IMG/VR virus record: IMGVR_UViG_3300017917_001573
Location: 1 to 64,000 of that record
From: a virus
Reading direction: 5' to 3' (one strand)
Length of the DNA stretch: 64,000 nucleotides
Positions 26,352 through 35,564 of the stretch are shown here, in pieces. The notes under the pieces are model-generated. The model made no database searches and was not told where the DNA came from. It was given only the letters and a program-made list of their open reading frames with translations. A program made the translations under genes and the position numbers. The stretch's first letter is position 1. Each line of letters begins with the position of its first letter.

Positions 26352-27443
26352 ATGACTAAAAAAGAATTTGCAAAACAATATCTATATGAAAAGGTGGAAA
26401 ATTGTTTTACATGGAATCAATACGCAGAGCATTTAAACGCTAAAAACGAAGGTTTTGTATATACTACAGGTGAAGCAGTACGTAAATTAATTGGTGTACT
26501 CCCAAAAGATTTAAATCCTATTTCTACAAATCCTGTAACACCAGATCAACTAGATTTGAAAAAAGTGTGGTATAATGGTAAAACGTGGTGTCAATCATAT
26601 GCTGTAAATGATTCAAATCTTGTACAATTTAAAGAAGATTTGTTAGAAGAACTTTCTGAAGTAGGAGGATTTAATTTTACTACAACAGAATATGAAGAAA
26701 CGGATTATATGGCAGAGCTTTGTCTTCCAGACTATCACTTTGGTAAAATTGATGGAAAATCTATCCATGAACAAAAAAATAACTTTGTTAGAGCAGTTTC
26801 AAAAATGGCTTCTTTTGCGACTACTTATACGATTGGTAAGTTCGTTTTTCCTATTGGTAACGATATATTTAACACTGATAATTCTCATTATACTACTACT
26901 GCTGGAACACCTCAAAAAAACAATACACACTGGCATACAATGTTTCATGTTGCATGGACCGCAGTTGTACAATCAATTGAATTACTTGTAAAAATTGCCC
27001 CTGTTGAAGTAGTTGTTGTACAAGGAAACCATGATTGGCAATCTTCCGTACATTTAGGAGAAGTTATTTCAGCATACTTCCATAATAACCCTAGTGTTAC
27101 TGTACACAATGATGCAGCTACTCCACGTAAATATATTTCTTTTGGAAACACTCTATTGGGATATACACATGGAGATAAAGAAAAACCACAAGATCTACCA
27201 TTGATTATGGCTACAGAAGTACCTGCATTATTTGCAGAAACCAAATTTAGAGAATGGCACATTGGACATCTACATAAACATTCTATACAATCATATAGAG
27301 GTATTAAAGTAGAAGTTCTTCCATCTTTAGTAGGTACGGATGAGTGGCATAAACAAATGGGTTATGATTCATTAAAAGAGGGTATTGTTAAAGTATACAA
27401 CAAATATTCTGGACCTGTGGCAGATTTTAAAGTACGTCTTTGA
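26352..27443 (+). CDS. Calcineurin-like metallophosphoesterase (Mre11/SbcD-like)
   Basis: DYH, GND, GNHD, HGD, GHLH motifs. Confidence 0.88.
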   Translation: MTKKEFAKQYLYEKVENCFTWNQYAEHLNAKNEGFVYTTGEAVRKLIGVLPKDLNPISTNPVTPDQLDLKKVWYNGKTWCQSYAVNDSNLVQFKEDLLEELSEVGGFNFTTTEYEETDYMAELCLPDYHFGKIDGKSIHEQKNNFVRAVSKMASFATTYTIGKFVFPIGNDIFNTDNSHYTTTAGTPQKNNTHWHTMFHVAWTAVVQSIELLVKIAPVEVVVVQGNHDWQSSVHLGEVISAYFHNNPSVTVHNDAATPRKYISFGNTLLGYTHGDKEKPQDLPLIMATEVPALFAETKFREWHIGHLHKHSIQSYRGIKVEVLPSLVGTDEWHKQMGYDSLKEGIVKVYNKYSGPVADFKVRL

Positions 27444-27471
27444 TATTGATACTATTAAAAAGCTATAATAT

Positions 27472-27500
27472 AAAAGAGGAGGTAAAACTCCTCTTTTTTT
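27472..27500 (+). terminator. Intrinsic terminator
   Basis: AAAAGAGGAG-GTAAAA-CTCCTCTTTT + T run. Confidence 0.85.
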
Positions 27501-27556
27501 ATTTTAAAAGATCAATACTAAAAAATGAATATCTTTAAGACTTTATTATTTAACCT

Positions 27557-28246
27557 ATGACAAATAGAGAAATTATATCAGATATACGGAAAGCCAATAA
27601 ATTTATGGAGTATGATACAATGGTATCAGATAGATTTCTATTGTCTCTAGCTTTTAAATATAGTTTACTATTAATTCAACGTGAAACAAATAAACGTAAA
27701 CTTTGGAATTTATCCAATGCTTTTCATACAATCAATTGTTTTAAATTGGAACAAGTTCCTTTATCGCAATGTTTGGATTTTACATCTTCTGAAATTATTT
27801 CTAAATCAGTAGATAAACTCCCTAATGTAGAAAATGGATATTATGGGAATCTTATACAAGGTGTATATGATATTGAAGGACGAGTTGAAATTAAGGCTAC
27901 TTCTTTAAAACAATATCAAAACTATTTAAAACTCAATAAATTTAGGTCTTTAAAAAAAGAAGCATTTTATTTTATTGAAGAAGGTTATTTGTATATAACA
28001 CACCCTTCCATAGAGGCTGTAAAAATAGTTGCATTATTTTCAGAATATGACGTAAATTTGTCAAAGTATAAACAATGTGATTGTGATTGTTGTGATGATG
28101 ACGATTGTTATGCGCCATTAGATGAAGAGTTTAAATGTCCTGGATATTTAACCTCTTCTGTACTAGAAATGGTAAATAACCAATTACGTGTTTATGCACA
28201 ATTGAGAGAAGATAAGACCGATAATGGTGATGCTGATACTCAATGA
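27557..28246 (+). CDS. Tail ring protein
   Basis: crAss ring-like motifs (GYLYIT, DEEFKCPGYL); synteny before IHF/ring/muzzle. Confidence 0.7.
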   Translation: MTNREIISDIRKANKFMEYDTMVSDRFLLSLAFKYSLLLIQRETNKRKLWNLSNAFHTINCFKLEQVPLSQCLDFTSSEIISKSVDKLPNVENGYYGNLIQGVYDIEGRVEIKATSLKQYQNYLKLNKFRSLKKEAFYFIEEGYLYITHPSIEAVKIVALFSEYDVNLSKYKQCDCDCCDDDDCYAPLDEEFKCPGYLTSSVLEMVNNQLRVYAQLREDKTDNGDADTQ

Positions 28247-28269
28247 CGTAAATCATAATCTAAATTAAA

Positions 28270-28995
28270 ATGCCAAAAAGAGTACATCCTCTGAAAATTG
28301 CACAAGTATCCTATAACAGTGGTACTATGAAATGCTACAAACATTATTGTAGACAATGTGATAAATTTAATAAAACACCCCTTGAATACAAAGAATGGAG
28401 AGCTATTGTGCTAGAAGCAAATGAATTGTTAGCTGATAAAATTCTAGAAGGTAAACATATTAAATTACCGTTCTTACTATCATCTTTTCTAATTGCTGAA
28501 TTTAAACAAAAGGTAATTAAGAAAAACAAACGTTTAAATTTACCTATTGATTGGCAAAAAACAAAAGAGTTGGGTACATATGTATACCACACAAACTCAC
28601 ATACTAATGGAAAACTTCTAAAGTTCTTCTGGCATAAATCAGATGCATCTTTTAAATACAAAGAAATTTATGCGTTTAAAGTAGTACGTAAAGTTTCAAG
28701 AGCTATTGCACCTTTACAGAAATCAGAAGACAAACCACAATACATTGCTTTAGAAACAGTATCTGTTAAAAAGAAAACAATAGCCAAGTATCCAAAAGAT
28801 ATTCCAGTAGTTGAATTTGATGGTAAGACAAAACAACCTGTAAAAAGATGGAATAACTATATGGAATTGTTAAAGCATTATGAAGTATCAATGGCACATT
28901 TTACAAAACTTATTTCACTTCCATCTAAACGTTGGTTAAGAGGTAAAACATATTTAGTATACGATTTTAAAAATGAGTATGAACATATACAATAA
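28270..28995 (+). CDS. IHF-like protein with NUMOD1-like C-terminal domain
   Basis: IKLPFLL..IDWQKTKE..YHTNSHTNG crAss IHF-like motifs; PVVEFDGKTKQPVKRW tail. Confidence 0.65.
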   Translation: MPKRVHPLKIAQVSYNSGTMKCYKHYCRQCDKFNKTPLEYKEWRAIVLEANELLADKILEGKHIKLPFLLSSFLIAEFKQKVIKKNKRLNLPIDWQKTKELGTYVYHTNSHTNGKLLKFFWHKSDASFKYKEIYAFKVVRKVSRAIAPLQKSEDKPQYIALETVSVKKKTIAKYPKDIPVVEFDGKTKQPVKRWNNYMELLKHYEVSMAHFTKLISLPSKRWLRGKTYLVYDFKNEYEHIQ

Positions 28996-29830
28996 ATATC
29001 AGTACGAATTTGAATCTCCAGAAGGTTTGTACGCAGAAATTAAAATGGAACTGAGATCTTATTTTGAATCAGGTGCAGTTGATGATACATTGTTTTTAGC
29101 ATACACAGATACTTGTCTACAAAAGATAGGTCGTTCTATGCTACAAACAAAATATTCAATTATAGAATTGAAAAATCACAAGGCTATCTTACCCGAACAT
29201 ATTAAATACCTAAACGATGTTTTGTATGCAGGTGAGACATCAACCATTGTTTCAAAACCTTTTCTAAAACATGGTCATTCAGAAATTAAATATTTCAAAG
29301 ATGATGAACTTGGAGAAAATTCAGATCCTATCTGTAAAAAAATTATTGTATATCACGATGAATTTAAACAAGAGCAACAAACTACATTTACATATACAAG
29401 ACTAGTTCCAGTAGATGTAGAATCTAGGGAACTTTGTGAAAATCCGTGGTATAGAAATATGACTGAATTTACGGCATGGTACAGAACAAACGGTCGTATA
29501 CTAGAATCCAATATGAGAAATGGATACATTCTTGTATCATACAAAAGAAGATATGTGAATGATGATGGTTATTTATTGATTCCTGCTGAACAAAAGTTTT
29601 ATGACCTATTATCTAATTACATTAAGTATAGATTGTTTGAACAACTCTGGCATGTTGTAACAGATGAAAGTTCAAATCAAATACAAAACAAAATGTTGTT
29701 CTATAAACAACAATACGAAGAATCTCTAATTATTGCACGAACAGAATTTAATTCTAAGTCTTACAATGAACAATTAGATAGTACACGTAAAAGACAAAAT
29801 AGATTTAGACGCAAATACGATATATCATGA
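28973..29830 (+). CDS. Tail ring / tubular protein
   Basis: DDGYLLIP, YIKYRLFE motifs; directly before muzzle. Confidence 0.7.
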   Translation: MSMNIYNKYQYEFESPEGLYAEIKMELRSYFESGAVDDTLFLAYTDTCLQKIGRSMLQTKYSIIELKNHKAILPEHIKYLNDVLYAGETSTIVSKPFLKHGHSEIKYFKDDELGENSDPICKKIIVYHDEFKQEQQTTFTYTRLVPVDVESRELCENPWYRNMTEFTAWYRTNGRILESNMRNGYILVSYKRRYVNDDGYLLIPAEQKFYDLLSNYIKYRLFEQLWHVVTDESSNQIQNKMLFYKQQYEESLIIARTEFNSKSYNEQLDSTRKRQNRFRRKYDIS

Positions 29831-32800
29831 ATGATGTAAACAAACATACAATTAGTACACCAACTAAAGGTTTAAATTTAGATAATATTACCTCTCAAAT
29901 TGTTGAGGGGTTTTATTCTTTAATGATGAATGGTATTAACCAATCTACAGAACACAAATATGCGGTATCTAATGAATCATCTACTGTAAAACTTACTACA
30001 TTTAAACCTGGTTACTATGTTATTGGAACAGGTGTTTTAATGGACAATAAATGTATTGTTGCACTAGTAAATCCTACTACCAACTTTTCTGAAATTGGAT
30101 ATTTTGATATTCAAGTAAAATCTGATTTAGAAGAACAAATTAAATTAAATCAAACTATTTCTGTACAAAAAACAGCTGAATATTTAGAACAAAATCAAAC
30201 TACATATACACCCCTTGTATACTCTACCAAAGCAAATCAATACGGATATTCAGCTAGTGATTATTATTCAAATATATCTATTACAGGAGATCCACAAGAT
30301 ACTCCACCTGTAAAGCCTACTCCATCTGTAGTATGTAATGGATTGATGTTTGATATTAATTATCCTGTTAGAAATATGGTTGTTAAACGAGACCTATTTA
30401 AAACCTATGTATTCTTTACAGATGGAAATATGGAACCTCGTTACTTAGTTCTTAGAGATATTGATACTACACCTTATGTAGATAATTCTCAAAGAGTTTC
30501 AGTAGGGCAATGTGAAGAACAACAATACTTAAACGAGCTTGACATACAAAAAATAAATATCTTTTCTAACAATAGACAACCTATTGTAGATGCTTTAGAA
30601 ATTGTAGAACAAGGTTCTATTCCTGTTGGTTCTGTTCAATTTGCAATTAGATATACAGACAAAGTAGGTAATCCTATTTCTCAAGTATACAACATTACAA
30701 ATCCTGTATATATTACAAAAGATTCATATTCTAAATCTTACAATAGTATTGAGGGTTCACCTATTCAATTATTTTCATCTAAAGCTGTTAGACTTGCTGT
30801 AAGAAATCTAGATACAAAATATGATTACTATCAACTAATGATCATTGAACAAGTAAATGGTGCAAAAAACTATTTTGCTCAAGGACCTATTAGTACAGAA
30901 CAAACATCTATTTTGTATACAGGAAATGAACAAATTAAACAAAAAATATCACTAGACGAATTTTATCAAGTTAGACCTAATATTCAGGCAGCAGATGCTT
31001 TAACAGAAGTTGATGATAGATTGGTACTATACAATATTACAGAAACAGTAGAACCTAATTTACAACGTGTAACAAACAATGTAAAACTTACGTGGTCTGC
31101 TGCTGCATTGCCTACTCAAATTGTATCTAAATCTTACAAAGATGGCGTATTTGCTGCAAACCATAAAGGTTATATGGGTGGAGAAGTATATCCATTTTCT
31201 TTTCAGTATGTATATGATGATGGTTCAGAATCTAGTTTATATCATATTCCAGGCAGAAAATTACAACCGTCTGATTTAAAAGAAGATCTTTCTGTATTAG
31301 ACTTTCCACAATCTACATCTTGTGATGATACTACATATCCATATTGGAAGTTGTATGACACATCTACTGTAAAAATTACTAAACAATGGCAAGACATTAA
31401 AGATGGAAAAATAAATAATCTTATACAAAGTGGTAAGGACAAATTTGTATCAGATGGTGTTGTAAAACTGACTACCTTTTTTAATGATGGGTACTTTGAA
31501 TTTTCTGGAAATCCTACAAATGGAGAGTATGTGACCATTACATTTAGAGATAATGATACTAAATCAGATACAGATTTTGATTTTGTATTTGTAAATACAT
31601 TACCTACTGGTACATTCTACAAAACTAATATTGACAACACTTCTTCATACTACATTTTATATGGTGTAATAAATGTTTTAATTGGTGCAACAGATGCAGA
31701 AACATTTGAAAACTTTGGTAAAGCTGTTGATTTATATAATGAAATATTTAGTTATGATATGCCTGTACCTTATAGACAAGGTACATACAATACCTATACT
31801 ATTTCAGGAGCAAGTGTATCTTTTTCTTTTGTAAAACGTTCTACTAATAATGGATATTTTGTAAGACTTGGAACAGGATCTACATCTATTTTTAATGAAA
31901 CAACAGCATCTTCTTGTCAAGGTTTGTCTAATCAACAAACATATTTGTCTAATCTTATAGATAATGCCACAATTAATTTTAAAACAAATACAGTAGATCC
32001 AGCAAATATTTTAAATAGTATTGTATCTAATCAATCATTTTATACAGATTATCCTATATCCTATGATTTGTATGATAGTGCAAATAATCTAGCTTACACT
32101 ATCTATGAATTTACAGGAGAGTTTTATGTTACTACAACATATGAAGTAGAATATAACACATCTGTACCGTCCATTGCCTTACTATTAAAATATGTAGAAT
32201 GTAATCCTATTACAGCATATGAAGGAGATTTTCAATACTGGGAATCCACTGAATACTATCCTTGTGATACAGAAGTATGGGGAGAATTAGCTGGTACACC
32301 TATTAGACATCATAAATTCCCAGAACGTTATACAGTTCCACATTTCCAAAATCTATTGGATATATCAGACAAGTATGGTTTAAATTATACATTCCTACAT
32401 CCATTTGCTGTAAAAGTAGACCATTCTTCTGTACTACAATCTATTAAGGATTCTGTTGAACAAGGTATTATATCTAAGAAAGATGCATCTAGAATTGTAG
32501 GATATAAATTGTATAGAGGTAATCGTGTAAATGATGCTTCTGTAATTGCTAAAGGTCTTTTGTATGATGTATGGGAACACAATAAAAAATTGTCTGCTGA
32601 TACTTCACAAAAGTTCTTTTATCAAAACTATCCATTTAATGACTTACATGCTGACCCATTTATTCTAACAAACAATGCTCACATGAGTTCCTTAAGTGAT
32701 TCTCAATCCATAGATTATATTAAAAATTCTAGTAATTGGATTAGACCTCTGAATGATGGCGAATTCAATAATAGGTTTACATTATTATCTCCAGATACAA

Positions 32801-35550
32801 GTTTTTGGAATATTCCTCTTTCTGGTAGATTACATGTAGATATGGAAGTATATGGTAAAGCTAAAGGACACTATTATCCAGTATTTGATCATGCTAAATA
32901 TAGACGTTTAAAAAATAGAGCGCATATTGGTTCTTGGGGTATTGCTGGTACATTAGCCACACTAGACAATTTAACAATTGGTACTACTGTAAATATTAAA
33001 GCTGGACAAATTCTACCAGAAACTGTCCAACTACAAGAAAGTATTCAAAAGCTTTTAGAATTAGGTACACCACTCAGACAATACGTATATCAATACAATG
33101 GTGTTGGTGAATACAACAGGTGTATACTAAATCCTGTAAAAGGTCAATTGTGGAGAGACATTGATATTGCTACATATTTAGACAGAGATATTGTAAATGT
33201 TGGAGATGTTAATCAATTCAACAATTTCAATAGAGAATCTTCTATGTATCTAAAATTAAACAACAATATTAGATCAACTACAATCAAAGATAATTCTAGA
33301 TATAAACCATCTGAATTAAAAATTAATCCAGAAGATTTTACACAACGAGATATTTCATCTTATTATGTATCTATCAAAAGACAGCTACCTGATCAGTATG
33401 GACAAGTTCATTCTATTGATTATTGTTATACTGGACAAATGTGGTTTATTAATCAACAGTTATTTCAAAACCTAAACTCTATCACACCCAATACTACAAA
33501 ATCTGTAATATCTAATACTACAGAATATAACGATAGTGTATTTGGTGGAGATGTGTATATTACAAAATTTGCATCCATTCGCTCACATAGTTATTTTGTA
33601 GACAACAGAAAAGGTTTTGTAAATGATTCTGGACAAGGTGTATCTGTAAACTATTCTCAACTATCCAATGTTGGTTATCCTGCGTATTTCTTAGATACAG
33701 AATTTACAGGTTTTGTATCAGACAACAATGAGATTTCTGAATCACAAGCTGAGATATTTGAACAATATGCTACAGAACAACAAAACGATTTAGATTCTAC
33801 TACTAAAACAGGCGATAATGTACAAACATCAGGTTTGAGAAAGACATTCAAAAAAATGAAACTTGCTATTAAATCTATGCTTACGTCTTTAATTAATCCT
33901 GCTAGAGAAGTATTGGATTATTCTGAAACAGATCAATCTAACATTATTGGACAACAAGGTATTATGTATCTAGCGTCTATTGGTATTCCTACCTTTTATG
34001 TTGAGTCTGTTATCAATACGGAAATGAGACATTCTGGAGAAAATTATGATGAAGATTTTTATCCTCGTATTTCATCAGATGTACCAGATACATTCTTAGT
34101 ACGTAAACCATTGGACAAAGACAACACGTATTTATACAACAGAGATTTCTCAAATCAAAATGTAGACAATGTTGCATTTCCAATGTCTATAAACTATTCT
34201 CCAAGAGATAATAAAAAGTATTATGCTAACAGAGCTGTATGGTCACAAAAAGGTTCTATTGAAGAAACATTACATAATTATGCATTATTTAGAGTAAATG
34301 ATTACAAGGATTTCAATACTAAAATTACATCTATTGCAGGTGTCTCTGGTGGTAAAACAGTTGTAACATTCCCTAATAAAACACACATCTACAATGCATA
34401 TTCTACCATAGACTCTAATAACAATACCAAAGCTCTATACTTTGGTACAGGAGATTTGTTTGAAAATGGACAATCTTTAGTAGATTCTGTAACAGGATAT
34501 TCTGGTTCTCAAGTAAAACAGTTTCTTTCTTGTGAAGTGGGTTCTTTTTGGGTAGATAATATTAGAGGCGCAATCTTTTCTTTTACAGATACATTGTCTG
34601 AAATATCTTTGTCTAACAAAGAATGGTTTAGAAAATATTTACCTTTCCAAATCATTAAACATTTTCCTAATTGTAAAATAGACAATACCTATCACTACAA
34701 CAAAGTAGGTATGACTATTGGATATGACAATACATTCAATAGAGTTCTATTTACAAAACATGATTATATTCCTCTAATCAATGGTATTACATACAATGAA
34801 ACATCTCACCGTTTTTATGTAAATAATAAAGAAGTATTTTTAGAAGACACCAATTATTTTAGGAATGTATCATTCACTATTTCATACGATGCACATATGA
34901 AAGAATGGAGTTCATTCCATTCATACAAACCTTCTACATACTTACATAATCAAAACAAGTTTCTTAGTATACTAAATAACAGAACATACATTCATAACAT
35001 TCAAGATAAATCATATCAAATTGTATATGGTAAATTGGAACCCTTCATTGTTGAAACACCTATATTTAATGGTACAACAGATATGTTACAATATGTAGAA
35101 AGTTATACTACTGTATATGAAAAAACGCTAAAAGGTACTATACAAGTATTTGATAAGTTTTACAATAAAGCAATTGTACACAACAAATATCAAACAACAG
35201 GTTTATTAAATCTTGTATACAAAGATGAAACCAACGATGATTTAGCTATAACTCATCCTTTTAGACGTATAGACTCTACCGACATTTTGTATTCTAACAA
35301 AGACAATGTTTATACCTTTAATCATATTTGGAATATTTTGAAACAACAAAAAGAAGTATTTATTCCAAATACAAAAGATCTAATTATACGAGATTTGAAT
35401 TTAACTCAATCTGATTATAGTATAGATCAAGATCAAATGGATAGAATAAGAGGCAAAGAATGTTTTGTTAGACTTATACAAGACTATACAGACAAATATC
35501 AGTTGATTACTGTATTTAATACAAATCATTCTCAACCTTCCGTTTATTAA
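29827..35550 (+). CDS. Muzzle / tail stabilization protein (P22 gp10-like)
   Basis: KGLNLD, YMGGEVYPF, YWESTEYYP, IRHHKFP, WSSFHSY motifs of crAss muzzle proteins. Confidence 0.88.
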   Translation: MNDVNKHTISTPTKGLNLDNITSQIVEGFYSLMMNGINQSTEHKYAVSNESSTVKLTTFKPGYYVIGTGVLMDNKCIVALVNPTTNFSEIGYFDIQVKSDLEEQIKLNQTISVQKTAEYLEQNQTTYTPLVYSTKANQYGYSASDYYSNISITGDPQDTPPVKPTPSVVCNGLMFDINYPVRNMVVKRDLFKTYVFFTDGNMEPRYLVLRDIDTTPYVDNSQRVSVGQCEEQQYLNELDIQKINIFSNNRQPIVDALEIVEQGSIPVGSVQFAIRYTDKVGNPISQVYNITNPVYITKDSYSKSYNSIEGSPIQLFSSKAVRLAVRNLDTKYDYYQLMIIEQVNGAKNYFAQGPISTEQTSILYTGNEQIKQKISLDEFYQVRPNIQAADALTEVDDRLVLYNITETVEPNLQRVTNNVKLTWSAAALPTQIVSKSYKDGVFAANHKGYMGGEVYPFSFQYVYDDGSESSLYHIPGRKLQPSDLKEDLSVLDFPQSTSCDDTTYPYWKLYDTSTVKITKQWQDIKDGKINNLIQSGKDKFVSDGVVKLTTFFNDGYFEFSGNPTNGEYVTITFRDNDTKSDTDFDFVFVNTLPTGTFYKTNIDNTSSYYILYGVINVLIGATDAETFENFGKAVDLYNEIFSYDMPVPYRQGTYNTYTISGASVSFSFVKRSTNNGYFVRLGTGSTSIFNETTASSCQGLSNQQTYLSNLIDNATINFKTNTVDPANILNSIVSNQSFYTDYPISYDLYDSANNLAYTIYEFTGEFYVTTTYEVEYNTSVPSIALLLKYVECNPITAYEGDFQYWESTEYYPCDTEVWGELAGTPIRHHKFPERYTVPHFQNLLDISDKYGLNYTFLHPFAVKVDHSSVLQSIKDSVEQGIISKKDASRIVGYKLYRGNRVNDASVIAKGLLYDVWEHNKKLSADTSQKFFYQNYPFNDLHADPFILTNNAHMSSLSDSQSIDYIKNSSNWIRPLNDGEFNNRFTLLSPDTSFWNIPLSGRLHVDMEVYGKAKGHYYPVFDHAKYRRLKNRAHIGSWGIAGTLATLDNLTIGTTVNIKAGQILPETVQLQESIQKLLELGTPLRQYVYQYNGVGEYNRCILNPVKGQLWRDIDIATYLDRDIVNVGDVNQFNNFNRESSMYLKLNNNIRSTTIKDNSRYKPSELKINPEDFTQRDISSYYVSIKRQLPDQYGQVHSIDYCYTGQMWFINQQLFQNLNSITPNTTKSVISNTTEYNDSVFGGDVYITKFASIRSHSYFVDNRKGFVNDSGQGVSVNYSQLSNVGYPAYFLDTEFTGFVSDNNEISESQAEIFEQYATEQQNDLDSTTKTGDNVQTSGLRKTFKKMKLAIKSMLTSLINPAREVLDYSETDQSNIIGQQGIMYLASIGIPTFYVESVINTEMRHSGENYDEDFYPRISSDVPDTFLVRKPLDKDNTYLYNRDFSNQNVDNVAFPMSINYSPRDNKKYYANRAVWSQKGSIEETLHNYALFRVNDYKDFNTKITSIAGVSGGKTVVTFPNKTHIYNAYSTIDSNNNTKALYFGTGDLFENGQSLVDSVTGYSGSQVKQFLSCEVGSFWVDNIRGAIFSFTDTLSEISLSNKEWFRKYLPFQIIKHFPNCKIDNTYHYNKVGMTIGYDNTFNRVLFTKHDYIPLINGITYNETSHRFYVNNKEVFLEDTNYFRNVSFTISYDAHMKEWSSFHSYKPSTYLHNQNKFLSILNNRTYIHNIQDKSYQIVYGKLEPFIVETPIFNGTTDMLQYVESYTTVYEKTLKGTIQVFDKFYNKAIVHNKYQTTGLLNLVYKDETNDDLAITHPFRRIDSTDILYSNKDNVYTFNHIWNILKQQKEVFIPNTKDLIIRDLNLTQSDYSIDQDQMDRIRGKECFVRLIQDYTDKYQLITVFNTNHSQPSVY

Positions 35551-35564
35551 TAAATTAAACAACT

